A stretch of DNA of 64,000 nucleotides from an uncultured Acidobacteriota bacterium. Lineage in GTDB: Bacteria > Acidobacteriota > UBA6911 > RPQK01 > JAPXNP01. This document shows, piece by piece, positions 18,035 to 27,411 of the stretch. The position numbers and the translations under genes are program-made. The notes beneath the pieces were generated by a model, which ran no database searches, was not told the DNA's origin, and worked only from the letters and a program-made list of their open reading frames with translations. The stretch is taken from the NCBI GenBank assembly GCA_963777605.1, contig CAVZRV010000006.1, positions 32,001 through 96,000 of the forward strand, in the 5' to 3' direction. Numbering within the stretch: position 1 is the stretch's first letter; the number at the start of each line of letters is the position of its first letter.

Positions 18035-20313
18035 AAGACACCCGCCCCATCGAACTTGCCCGCCATGCTTTCGAAGGGCTCCTGCACCAGTCTCTGCTCG
18101 CGGAAGGCTCGAAGGGATGCGACGCGACTCTCCACTCCTACCCCGTCGATCTAGAGCCCCATTTCGGGCGCTTTGATCCGTCGCGCATACACGCTTCGAA
18201 GATAAGCCCCGGGATTCCGGAAGATCCGGTTCCCGAACGGGCCTGGTCGTCCTTTCGCCTCCGGCTTCCCCGTCAGTCGATCGCTCCCAATCAGGTCGTT
18301 GCCGCCATCGAGGCCTCGAGCATTCAAACGACCCGCTTCGCGTTCGAGATCGTCGCTGATGCCGGAAAGGCCGACGTGTATCTTGTGGCCGACGATCCCG
18401 AGTCCGCTTCCTTCATGCGGGATGCGTGGCTCAGTCACTGTCCGGGCGTGGTCCTGATTCCCTGGGAGGATCCCTGGAAAGACCTGTTGTCGGAGACTGA
18501 TCTCCGAGTTTGGGAAGCCTATCCCCTCCCCCTTACTCCCGACGGCTGGCCGTTCCCCGCTCGCCGAACTCTTCCCTTGCTTCTGCGCCAGGCGGCACGC
18601 CTTCGCGCGGGAGTCCGTTTGGTCTATCAGATTCTCTTTCAGTCGGTCCGCCACGACTGGCATCGAAACATCTACCTGCTGACGGCGGCCGAAACCACCG
18701 CCCAGGGTCGCATCCCCTGGCGGCATACCACACAAGCAGCGATCAAGCCGCCCGATCAGCCTCTGGTTGCTGCGATTCTCCGGATCGCACTCCTCGGAGG
18801 AGCCGACTCGCCGGCCGTCGATCCGGCACGCTACTGGGCGGGTTTCAGTCAAGGCGGCCGCCCCTTGCAGGTCAGAAGACCTGTCCAGTTCCGGGAGGTT
18901 CTCGACCAGCCTGCTCTCCTCTCGATGCTCTCCCGGCGGCGCACCCATGCACCAGGCGTCCTGCTGACGGCGGAAGAACTGTCGGCCTTCATTCAAGTGC
19001 CTGAGCAGGCAACCACGACACTCCGCATCGACTGGACCCGAGGGCTCGAAGTCCCCACGCGCTTTCAGGCTTCGGGGCGGCTTCTCGGGTTCAACTACTC
19101 GCACGCGGAACCCACGCCGGTTCGCCTGCCCGATACGGAACGAAACCGCAGCATCTATCAGATCGGCTCCTCCCGAAAAGGCAAGAGCAACTCGATCCTG
19201 CATCAATGTCTCGAGCTGGCGCGATCCGGCAGTGGGCTTGCCCTGATCGATCCGCATCGATCAACCGCCTTCGATCTGGTCCGTGCCCTTCCGCCCGAGG
19301 CTCTCGACCGAGTTGTGTGGTGCGACTTTCAAGACCCGGACTTTGTCCTGGACTATAACCCCTTCGATGCTCCCGACAGCTTCGGCCGCCGGGCTACGGA
19401 GTACGTCCACAGTTTCAAGCACCTCTTCGAGGCAGGCTCGTTTCACCGGATGGGTCGCATCCTGGGCTTGGGCGTCCATGCGCTGTTCGACCTCAAGGAG
19501 AATCTCGCCACCTTCTCGCGCCTCTTCGCCGCTACCGCAGAGGGCGAGCGCCTGCGGGCACGCGTCATCGCCCGATCCCAGAATCCCGATGTGCAACGCT
19601 TCTTCGCTGATGAGGTCCGATCGCTTCCCTCAGAAGCCATCACACCGATTCTTAATCGGATTTCGACGCTCTTGCTCGATGAGAGCGCGCGCCGCATTTT
19701 CGAGCGTCGAGAGAACAAGCTCGACATCCCCACCATTCTTCGCGAAGGACGGTTGTTGGTCGTCGCCCTGCCGTCGAATATCGATGTCGCCAACATTGTC
19801 GGGGGGATGCTTCTCGCCCAGATCCAAAAGGCAGGCCTTGCTCGCATCGGGCGTGATGAGCCCGATTTCTACGTCTTTCTCGACGAGTTTCATCGGTTCT
19901 TGAACTCGGCCAAGATCCTGGAGAGCCTCCTCAACGAATGTGCCAAGGCAGGCCTCTTTCTCTGCATGGCGCATCAGGAAACCGGCCAACTGAGTACCGA
20001 GCTCTTCCGAGCGGCCCTGACCGCTCCGCTCCTCATGGTCTTCGGCGTCAACTACGAAGATGCCCGCAAGTTCGTGCCGATCTTCAACGGTCGCATCCAG
20101 GTCGATGATCTCCTGTCGCTCCGGGTCGGAGAGGTCTGCGCCCGGCTCGATCAGGACATCGTGGATTTCCGTTGCCCTCCGCCACCAGCGGATCTCTCGG
20201 AAGAACGCGCCCGTCACGTGATTGAAGCAAGCCGGCGCCTCTACTACACACCGATCCATGAAATCGGGCGGTCCCGAAAGACCACTCAATCTCGACACTT
20301 GGACCATTTCTAA
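18031..20313 (+). CDS. VirD4/TraD-like type IV coupling ATPase
   Basis: Walker A GSSRKGKS, LALIDPH, Walker B FYVFLDEFHRF, AHQETGQL; ATGA overlap with the relaxase. Confidence 0.85.
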   Translation: MKDTRPIELARHAFEGLLHQSLLAEGSKGCDATLHSYPVDLEPHFGRFDPSRIHASKISPGIPEDPVPERAWSSFRLRLPRQSIAPNQVVAAIEASSIQTTRFAFEIVADAGKADVYLVADDPESASFMRDAWLSHCPGVVLIPWEDPWKDLLSETDLRVWEAYPLPLTPDGWPFPARRTLPLLLRQAARLRAGVRLVYQILFQSVRHDWHRNIYLLTAAETTAQGRIPWRHTTQAAIKPPDQPLVAAILRIALLGGADSPAVDPARYWAGFSQGGRPLQVRRPVQFREVLDQPALLSMLSRRRTHAPGVLLTAEELSAFIQVPEQATTTLRIDWTRGLEVPTRFQASGRLLGFNYSHAEPTPVRLPDTERNRSIYQIGSSRKGKSNSILHQCLELARSGSGLALIDPHRSTAFDLVRALPPEALDRVVWCDFQDPDFVLDYNPFDAPDSFGRRATEYVHSFKHLFEAGSFHRMGRILGLGVHALFDLKENLATFSRLFAATAEGERLRARVIARSQNPDVQRFFADEVRSLPSEAITPILNRISTLLLDESARRIFERRENKLDIPTILREGRLLVVALPSNIDVANIVGGMLLAQIQKAGLARIGRDEPDFYVFLDEFHRFLNSAKILESLLNECAKAGLFLCMAHQETGQLSTELFRAALTAPLLMVFGVNYEDARKFVPIFNGRIQVDDLLSLRVGEVCARLDQDIVDFRCPPPPADLSEERARHVIEASRRLYYTPIHEIGRSRKTTQSRHLDHF

Positions 20314-20324
20314 GGAGAACCACC

Positions 20325-20933
20325 ATGCCGGAGATTCAATCCGTCGACCAGATTATGGCCCTCCTCCACATCGACGTCATCGGACAGATCGAGGCGGCGC
20401 ATGACATGATCCGTCAATCCGTACAGATTGAGCCGACCGTTGCGAGCTACCCCGAGTTTCAGGAAACTGTTGGCGACTACGTCCGCTACCACAACGCCAT
20501 GTGGCACGGCGTCGACCCCGGACAGGACCGGGCGTGGGGGCAAGCCCGCGCGGCCATCGATGAGCAGATGCGACCCGAGCCGACGCTTGCGAGAATTCGA
20601 GGTTTTCTCGACGCCCAGGGAAGCTATGTCCAGGCGATCAAGAACGGGCTCACCGGCCGTCACGGAGGGATGATCGGTGTCATCGATACCATCGCTGAGC
20701 AGATCAAAAAGGAAGCCGTCAGCCAGTGGGTTCGCTCGGTCTTTCTGACCCACATCAATCCGCTTGATTTCGACCGGAAGGTGGAATTCGCCCGGGAGTA
20801 TCTCGCAACCTACGGCGCACTCTTGCTTCCCAATGAAACGACGATGTCGCCCTACGAGCTGGCGGCGCAGATCGAGGTCCTCTTGGAGACCCACGTCCGA
20901 TTGGTGAACCAACTGCGGGACCGGTTACAGTAG
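20325..20933 (+). CDS. Hypothetical helical protein
   Basis: AAGGAG SD; clean 202-aa ORF in the operon. Confidence 0.75.
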   Translation: MPEIQSVDQIMALLHIDVIGQIEAAHDMIRQSVQIEPTVASYPEFQETVGDYVRYHNAMWHGVDPGQDRAWGQARAAIDEQMRPEPTLARIRGFLDAQGSYVQAIKNGLTGRHGGMIGVIDTIAEQIKKEAVSQWVRSVFLTHINPLDFDRKVEFAREYLATYGALLLPNETTMSPYELAAQIEVLLETHVRLVNQLRDRLQ

Positions 20934-21217
20934 GTCGCCTTCTTCCGGCCCTACCAGCCGGGTGCTTCCGTACCTAAACGGTTGCAATATCTCACGTTCG
21001 GGAGCATCGCTTTGCTGTTCCCCTCAGGTCGAGGACCGCGATCATTCTGGCGAAGCACAAAGAGCCGAAGGCCATCAGCATGACAACACCCTTCCGACAT
21101 CTGCAATTTCGGCAGAGACTCGGGGATCATCAAGATCCGCCCGACGTCTCGAAACGACGAGATGCGTCAACCTGCACTACAAACCATAAGAACGGGAAGA
21201 CGGAATCCAAAGAGAAC

Positions 21218-22279
21218 ATGGCGGACTATCTGCCGGAGCATGCCGCGGCCACCTACCGGTTACTCTCCCCTGAGTCTTCCGGCTTTCTCGAGCTGAACGC
21301 CTTTCACCCGGACTATCGACCTGGCCGCGAAAACACCGAGTGGAACCGCCAGAGAGACACCTGGCCACGCCTTGCCTATGTGAGTTCGGAGGAAGAGTTT
21401 TTGGACTTCGTCGGACAATACGTCGGCGAACGCATGGTCTGTTGCGGCCTCAATCCCCGGCCCGCCATTCGGCGTAACGACTCCGGGTATCTTCGTCCGT
21501 CGCGTGAGTCGGACATCCAGGAGGGCCGGGCGCTGCTACTCGATCTCGATCCCATCGGTTCCGAGGCTCCGGATGCGGCTAGCCTGGAGCGCCTTCTCGC
21601 GCGGGCAAACACCTACTTCCAGGATTTCGGTCTCAAGAGACCCAGTCAGGCCAGCTCCGGCCGGGGATACCACCTGATGGCGGTCTATTCCCCCATTTCG
21701 ACAGTCGAGACCCCGGACTTGAAGCAACGCGTTCGCGCGTTTTCGGATCAGTTTCGCGACGCACTCGGAAGCGAGATCGGCGATGCCGGCCTTCGGCTTG
21801 ACGGCACCTACGATCTCAGACGACTCGTCAAGGTCTACGGGACCGCGAAGCCCGGCGGACCCGTCAGTCGGCTCCTGCGAGCAGAGTACGGTGCCGATCT
21901 CGCGCTTCGAGAAAAGCTCCTTTCCTACGACGTCTCTTGCCGTTCCAAGAAAGCCGAATCGGCGGCAGAAGCAGTGGATTCCGTCACAGTTCAGCGCAGG
22001 CTCCCAGACTGGTTCCCTTCTCTTCTGGATGATCAACGGGTCGCCAACCTCTGGAACGGAGAAGGAAAGCCGGAAAGTCTCGACTGCTCCCGTTCCGGTT
22101 ATGACTTCAGCCTTGCCCGGACGTTGATCGCTCTCGGCCACAACACGGACGACATCGCCACGATCCTCGCGCTTCGTCCAAAAGGGGCCTTCAAATCCCG
22201 TGGCCGCAGTCCCGAGTATCTCGAGACCACCATCTCCCGCGCCCGTCAAAGCCTTGCTCGTCCCAGGCTTTCTCGTTGA
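21218..22279 (+). CDS. AEP/RepB-type primase-like replication protein
   Basis: LLLDLD (DxD), SSGRGYHL, DLRRLVKVYGT and a C-terminal SRSGYDFSLA helical domain. Confidence 0.7.
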   Translation: MADYLPEHAAATYRLLSPESSGFLELNAFHPDYRPGRENTEWNRQRDTWPRLAYVSSEEEFLDFVGQYVGERMVCCGLNPRPAIRRNDSGYLRPSRESDIQEGRALLLDLDPIGSEAPDAASLERLLARANTYFQDFGLKRPSQASSGRGYHLMAVYSPISTVETPDLKQRVRAFSDQFRDALGSEIGDAGLRLDGTYDLRRLVKVYGTAKPGGPVSRLLRAEYGADLALREKLLSYDVSCRSKKAESAAEAVDSVTVQRRLPDWFPSLLDDQRVANLWNGEGKPESLDCSRSGYDFSLARTLIALGHNTDDIATILALRPKGAFKSRGRSPEYLETTISRARQSLARPRLSR

Positions 22280-22341
22280 TAGAGCACAAGTTCGACGATT
22301 CACCTTCTGATTTCGGGCAAAGGGTGCCAGGAGGTGAATTA

Positions 22342-22587
22342 ATGAACACAAGCCACGAATTAGCCTCAATCTACGAACCGATCGCCGAGCTGCACTCAAC
22401 AGCAAGCGAATCAGAGGCCCCGCAGATTCGGACAGCCGGCGAAGACTCGCCAAGCTCGGATCATCGGTCCCACCAGTCCCGAAGGCAGACTGCCCCTGTC
22501 GATCCCAACCACTCCTTTGTGGAGGCCGTTGCCGTCGCCCTCATCCACGCGGGGATCTGGTGCTGGTTTGCCTGGTGCCTCTGGTAG
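22342..22587 (+). CDS. Small protein with C-terminal TM helix
   Basis: GGAGGTG SD; hydrophobic C-terminus. Confidence 0.45.
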   Translation: MNTSHELASIYEPIAELHSTASESEAPQIRTAGEDSPSSDHRSHQSRRQTAPVDPNHSFVEAVAVALIHAGIWCWFAWCLW

Positions 22588-22657
22588 GCGCTGCTCTCTC
22601 GATTGCCAGAAACCGGTCAACAGCCGCCCGGCGGCTTTCGGTGAAAGGAAGTACAAG

Positions 22658-23782
22658 ATGAGTGGACTCACAAAAACCCTGGAAAGAAATAACGGAAACG
22701 GCGACGGGGCTCCTGCTTCCGGGCAGCCCGGATTCGACGGTGGCGCTCAACTCGATGCCGTAGTGGACTCTGCCGTCCGACCGTCGGAAGACTTGCGGCG
22801 AATCGGCCTCGCCGATTTCCACCTCGTTCTGTACGCCTCAATGGGGCTCGAATTCGACTTCAGCAATCCACTCGAAGACCAGCTGCACGAACTCAGTAAC
22901 GCCGACCTGGGCATCCCGACTCCCATGTTGAATCCGACCAGCCAACGGCCATGGTCCTCGGGCAAAGAAGCCCCGTCGAAACGAAGGAGGGCATCGCTCC
23001 TCGTCTCGGCATTCAATTTAGGCGTGGCATCTTTCAGGTACCCCACGACTCACTACGAGATCGTACGCCGTCTTCTGGAACGGACCGACTACCGGGTAAT
23101 CCTCCGAACCAACGATGCGTCGATTGCAGACAAGGCGTGGCTGGACCTGTTGCTGGCCCATCGTGAGCGGACCACGGTCGGGCTGGTCATCCCGACTCTG
23201 AATGACGACGTCCTCGCAATCCTTGATCCAGACGGTTCGAGCCTGCCGGATCGCTTTCGGGCCTTCAAGTCGCTGCACCAGGCCGGAATTACAACGTGCG
23301 CTTTCCTCTGCCCTGTGCTCCCCGATATTGTGCCGCACCTCGACGCCGTCTTCCGAGAGATTCAGGTCGAACGACTCACGACGATCTGGGCGGCTCCATT
23401 TCACCAGAACTACTGGCAACGGATACAGAAAGCATTCGGCAAAGAATCACCCGAGCATTCCTGGTTCACAGCGGTCTTTAAGCACGGACACGATGAGCGC
23501 TGGAGTCGTTTCGCCGCCGATTTCTACCTGCGCCTCGCTCTCAAGGGCCGGGCCGAAGGGTGGTTCTCGAAAGTGCGGTTCCTCCTCGACGAACAACGGA
23601 TCCGCCCGCTCGATGCACTCCTCTTCGACCAGCTTGAGCGAGTCGTGTTGCTCGGCCCAACCGATGCAGACGGCTACAGCCAGAACCCAAGTATCCGCAG
23701 GCAGCAAGAGAAAGCCGCATTCTGGGACAAGAATGGGCTGGAAGTTCCAAAGGGAAACCCAAAATGGGCACGCCCCTCTTGA
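22658..23782 (+). CDS. SPL-like radical-SAM-fold protein lacking the CxxxCxxC motif
   Basis: VILRTN, VGLVIPTLND...LDPDGSSLPDRFRAFKSLHQAGITTCAFLCPVLP resemble the spore-photoproduct-lyase-like family; no Cys triad. Confidence 0.6.
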   Translation: MSGLTKTLERNNGNGDGAPASGQPGFDGGAQLDAVVDSAVRPSEDLRRIGLADFHLVLYASMGLEFDFSNPLEDQLHELSNADLGIPTPMLNPTSQRPWSSGKEAPSKRRRASLLVSAFNLGVASFRYPTTHYEIVRRLLERTDYRVILRTNDASIADKAWLDLLLAHRERTTVGLVIPTLNDDVLAILDPDGSSLPDRFRAFKSLHQAGITTCAFLCPVLPDIVPHLDAVFREIQVERLTTIWAAPFHQNYWQRIQKAFGKESPEHSWFTAVFKHGHDERWSRFAADFYLRLALKGRAEGWFSKVRFLLDEQRIRPLDALLFDQLERVVLLGPTDADGYSQNPSIRRQQEKAAFWDKNGLEVPKGNPKWARPS

Positions 23783-23898
23783 TGACAGAGGATTCCGTGG
23801 CTGAGAACTGGCCTCACGAAACTTCTCCGACAGTCACCGATTCAGGATCGCCGGCGGCGTCAAAAAGGGTTGACAGAAGGAGGCACAAACTCGACATA

Positions 23899-24216
23899 AT
23901 GTCCCCCGAGGAGGTTGCCCTGTTCCTCCGCAAGAGCTTGAGTTGGGTTTATAAGCACGCTGAGGAATTGGGCGCTGTGAAGCTCGGGGGTTCCTTGCTG
24001 TTCCCCAGCAAGGAGGACCTCTATGAGCGTTTATTCAACGAAAGGCAAGGGGTGGCGATACGACTTCAAGCTGAACGGCCGTCGCTACACCGGAGCCTGG
24101 TTCAAGACAAAGAGAAAGGCCACCGAGTCCGAAGAGGAAAGGAGGAAAGAAGTACTGAAACCCGAGGAGGTCGAAAGTCAGACCCCAACCGACATGGCCT
24201 TCTTGGAACTGGTTAA
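23899..24216 (+). CDS. Excisionase-like HTH protein
   Basis: MSPEEVALFLRKSLSWVYKHAEELGAVKLGGSLLF; overlaps the integrase 5' end. Confidence 0.7.
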   Translation: MSPEEVALFLRKSLSWVYKHAEELGAVKLGGSLLFPSKEDLYERLFNERQGVAIRLQAERPSLHRSLVQDKEKGHRVRRGKEERSTETRGGRKSDPNRHGLLGTG

Positions 24217-25120
24217 TCACCGCCTCGATTTTGTGCAGGCGTTCCGATCGGATCACTACTATCAGGACACCTGTTGCATGGCGAGACGTTGGGTTGTCGA
24301 ATGGGATGGCCGGCTGTGTGGTGAGTTTACCCAGGAAATGATCGAGAGTTTCTTGATGAAGCGTGCCAAGGTATCCCACTATGCGGCAAACATGGATCTG
24401 AAACTGCTCCGGGCGCTGTTCAACCATGGAATCAAGCGCCGGTTCATCCGTGGCAATCCGACGACCGGTGTCGAGTTCTTCCCGGTCGAGAAGCGAATCA
24501 AGTACGTCCCTCCCGCGGAAGATGTGCGGCGGTTGATCTGGAGCGCGGAAAAGGACGATCGCGATTATCTGATCGTGATTGCCGAAACGATGGCCCGGGT
24601 CGGAGAGGTGAACCGCCTGGTCTGGGACGATGTCGATTTCCGGGAACGAACGGTTGTCCTTTACACGCGGAAAAAGCGTGGAGGTCACCTGACGCCTCGC
24701 AAGGTCCCGATGACCGACCTGCTCTACCGAACCCTCCACCGTCGATTCGAACAGCGGGATCAGGCGAAGCCCTGGGTCTTCTGGCATCGCTACAAGGACA
24801 AGAAGAAGGGCGTCCTGGTGGAAGGACCATACCTGAGGCGAAAACGATTTCTCAAGAGCCTCTGTGAGAAGGTGGGCGTCCGCCCGATCGGCTTCCACGC
24901 CCTTCGCCACAGCGGGGCGTCGATACTCGAACACGCCAATGTCTCGATCAGTACGATTCAGCGCTTACTCGGTCACGAGAACCGCACCACGACCGAAATT
25001 TATCTCCACAGCCTGGGACAGCCGGAGCGGGAAGCCATCCGGATTTTCGAAGGTTTGAGAGAAAAGTCCCACACAGAGTCACACACAGAAGCGAACGATG
25101 CGCAGGAGCAATCTGCGTAA
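24023..25120 (+). CDS. int: Tyrosine recombinase / phage-type integrase
   Basis: ARVGE, HALRH, LLGH and TTEIY catalytic motifs; N-terminal arm-binding domain (KGWRYDF). Confidence 0.95.
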   Translation: MSVYSTKGKGWRYDFKLNGRRYTGAWFKTKRKATESEEERRKEVLKPEEVESQTPTDMAFLELVNHRLDFVQAFRSDHYYQDTCCMARRWVVEWDGRLCGEFTQEMIESFLMKRAKVSHYAANMDLKLLRALFNHGIKRRFIRGNPTTGVEFFPVEKRIKYVPPAEDVRRLIWSAEKDDRDYLIVIAETMARVGEVNRLVWDDVDFRERTVVLYTRKKRGGHLTPRKVPMTDLLYRTLHRRFEQRDQAKPWVFWHRYKDKKKGVLVEGPYLRRKRFLKSLCEKVGVRPIGFHALRHSGASILEHANVSISTIQRLLGHENRTTTEIYLHSLGQPEREAIRIFEGLREKSHTESHTEANDAQEQSA

Positions 25121-25134
25121 ACTATTGATTTTAT

Positions 25135-25210
25135 TGGTGGGTCGTGTTGGATTCGAACCAACGGCCCTCTGATTAAAAGTCAGATGCTCTGCCAACTGAG
25201 CTAACGACCC
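25135..25210 (-). tRNA. tRNA-Lys (UUU)
   Basis: GGGTCGTTAGCTCAGTTGGCAGAGCATCTGACTTTTAATCAGAGGGCCGTTGGTTCGAATCCAACACGACCCACCA: cloverleaf, TTT anticodon, encoded CCA. Confidence 0.97.
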
Positions 25211-25514
25211 ACCCGTTGGACGCGCACAGTTTAGCACGCCGGTCCGTGGCGGCAAACTCGGAGCCGTCTCTCGGAGTCCCCGGAACCGATTGACCGCATC
25301 TCAGGGATGCCGGCGGCGCCTCTCAGTCCGTCTTGCCACCGATATCCCGGGCTCGCAGCGGGCGAGTACCTCCAGCAAGGTAGAGCGCTGGAAGTCGGTA
25401 TCGCGTGGGTCGATTCGGCTGGTCCGACGTCACCGTCACAGAGCCCACCAGCAGATCGGCCAGAGACCGTCCGTGGCCAGGACCTGCAACCCCCTGGGCT
25501 CCAACTCCACAGGC

Positions 25515-26810
25515 TTAGCGCGCCAGTAGCGCCGAGACGTCCGCCACCGATGGCCGGTCCTTGCGGTAGGTGACGGGGACCGGGTCCAGCCAGTCCAAAA
25601 GATCGTCCTTGATGGCAAAGGCGAAGAAGTGGTTTCCGGCGGGCGCGTAGTGGCCGTTGTAGTAGCGGTGTACGTACCGATCAGATGGAATGTCGAAATC
25701 CCGGAAGTCCTCGACATGCTTCTGGAGCGAGTCGACAAAAGGAATCTCCGTCTGCCGGAGGAATTCCACAAAGGGTTCGTCAAGACGGGTTCTCCCCTCA
25801 CAGGCGGCGGCGACATCACCTCCCCGGTAGCTGACCAGTATCAGGAGTCTTTTCTCCCGTTCGCCGGCAAACTGCAGGGCCTTGTCCACGAGTTGCTCGC
25901 TGGCTTTCATCCCGGAACGCCAGAAGAGCCGATCCGCCGACTCGGACACGGCTTCAGGACTGTCCCAGCGACCGCCGACGCCCAACAACTCATCCAGGCG
26001 CCGCATCTCCTCCAGCATGGGAGGAGTTCCGCCGCCGATGGCGTATTCGATCTGGACGTAGAGGTCGTCCCTGAAGTGCTCGACAACGTATTCCGGGTCG
26101 CACATCAGGTAGAGCGACTCGGGGCTCGGGTGAGAGTTTTCCAGTTCCAGCAACCGCCCGTCATTGAGATCGAAGCGGACATGGCACCAAGGGTTGGCGT
26201 GAAAGTAGTGGGTGTCCTGACGGTTGTTGATCAGCTCGCGGAAGAACTGGATGTGAAACCAGCGGCAACTCATCAGGCTGCGCCGGTGGTCGTCGATCCA
26301 GATGTTGAAGAGGATGAACGGCGCCGACGCAGCCGTCTTCTCTTCCCGCAGCATTCTTCGATAGGCCTGGTAGACCCCGTAGCCCCCGGTCCCGTAGTTT
26401 CGAATCGGCTCGCCGAAATGGGCCGCCAAGTACTCCTGCCACGTTTCGCCGTCGCTGACCTGGTCGCAGTGGGTGAAGCTGTCCCCGTACGTGTTCATCC
26501 GGCAGGGCGCGTCGGCGAACTGAATCCGCCTGCGCTCTCCGCTGGGTTCCATCCGGTAGAAGCAGTAACTGCCGTCGATCCCGTCCTTTTTGAACGTATT
26601 GGCGTGTCGGTAGCCCAGTTCTGCGTCGAACGTGGCCCAATTCGGTTCTCCAGGATCCAGAAATTCGTCAATCACTTCCCGATTCCACGCCATGCTCGCA
26701 AGAAACCGCTCAAAGCGCGGCGGTTTCTGTAAAAGACTGGCTCGGCTGGAACGGGTGAAAGGCACAGCTCCCAACGCGGCCAAAGCGGCCCTGCGACTGA
26801 TCCGGTTCAT
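25515..26810 (-). CDS. Tat-exported SGNH/GDSL-like protein
   Basis: ISRRAAL twin-arginine signal; YGDSFT, NYGTGGYG and GHYAPAGN blocks. Confidence 0.7.
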   Translation of the reverse strand: MNRISRRAALAALGAVPFTRSSRASLLQKPPRFERFLASMAWNREVIDEFLDPGEPNWATFDAELGYRHANTFKKDGIDGSYCFYRMEPSGERRRIQFADAPCRMNTYGDSFTHCDQVSDGETWQEYLAAHFGEPIRNYGTGGYGVYQAYRRMLREEKTAASAPFILFNIWIDDHRRSLMSCRWFHIQFFRELINNRQDTHYFHANPWCHVRFDLNDGRLLELENSHPSPESLYLMCDPEYVVEHFRDDLYVQIEYAIGGGTPPMLEEMRRLDELLGVGGRWDSPEAVSESADRLFWRSGMKASEQLVDKALQFAGEREKRLLILVSYRGGDVAAACEGRTRLDEPFVEFLRQTEIPFVDSLQKHVEDFRDFDIPSDRYVHRYYNGHYAPAGNHFFAFAIKDDLLDWLDPVPVTYRKDRPSVADVSALLAR

Positions 26811-26848
26811 GGTAATCACTCCTGGTCCCGGGTGTCTTTACCCGGACA

Positions 26849-27283
26849 ATGGTCCTGTCAACTCATGCTACTCCTAGTCTCCTGAGATCTCCATGGTGCT
26901 TGGGCCGGTTTGTGCCGTCGAGGATTCGCAAACCCCCGCACAGTCCCTTGGTGGGCTCGAAAGAAGCGCATCCCTGCTTTCTGGAGCTGTGTCGGCTTGC
27001 CGAAAAAGATTCGTTGGACCTCCCAGGCGACATCCTCACCCGAGACGTGGCCCGCTTCCTGATATCGACGTGGGACGGTATCCTCGATCCCCTCAGAGCC
27101 CTCATCGAGGATAGCGCCCTCTATGACTACGGCAGATCTGCGGCCGTGGGCGCGCTAACGGATCTCGTTCTTCCGGGCCGGATCGACCGATCCATGATGA
27201 TCCTCTACTTCCATTCGCTGAGCCGTCAGCGTTCTTCCGCGAGTCGTTTCTCCGGCTCGTTTCCTGATACTCTTTGCCCTTGA
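26849..27283 (+). pseudogene. DUF1186-like protein fragment
   Basis: GDILTRDVARFL...LRALIEDSALYDYGRSAAVGAL resembles the DUF1186 core; both ends are missing. Confidence 0.45.
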
Positions 27284-27411
27284 AAAACGGGCCGCATCAG
27301 GCGATGATCAGGACCTTTGCTAAAAGGGACACTCTCGAACGACCATCTGGCTGCCCGCCCGATTTTCTCCAGGAGTGTTAGTTGTCCATCATCAGATTGA
27401 AACGTTGAGTC

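Larger units (their letters stand above)
1..25134. mobile_element. Integrative (ICE/IME-like) genomic island inserted at the tRNA-Lys 3' end; left boundary outside the window
   Basis: Tyrosine integrase ends 15 nt from the tRNA CCA end. Xis-like HTH, primase, relaxase and coupling ATPase are present, with no housekeeping genes and mosaic composition. Confidence 0.85.
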
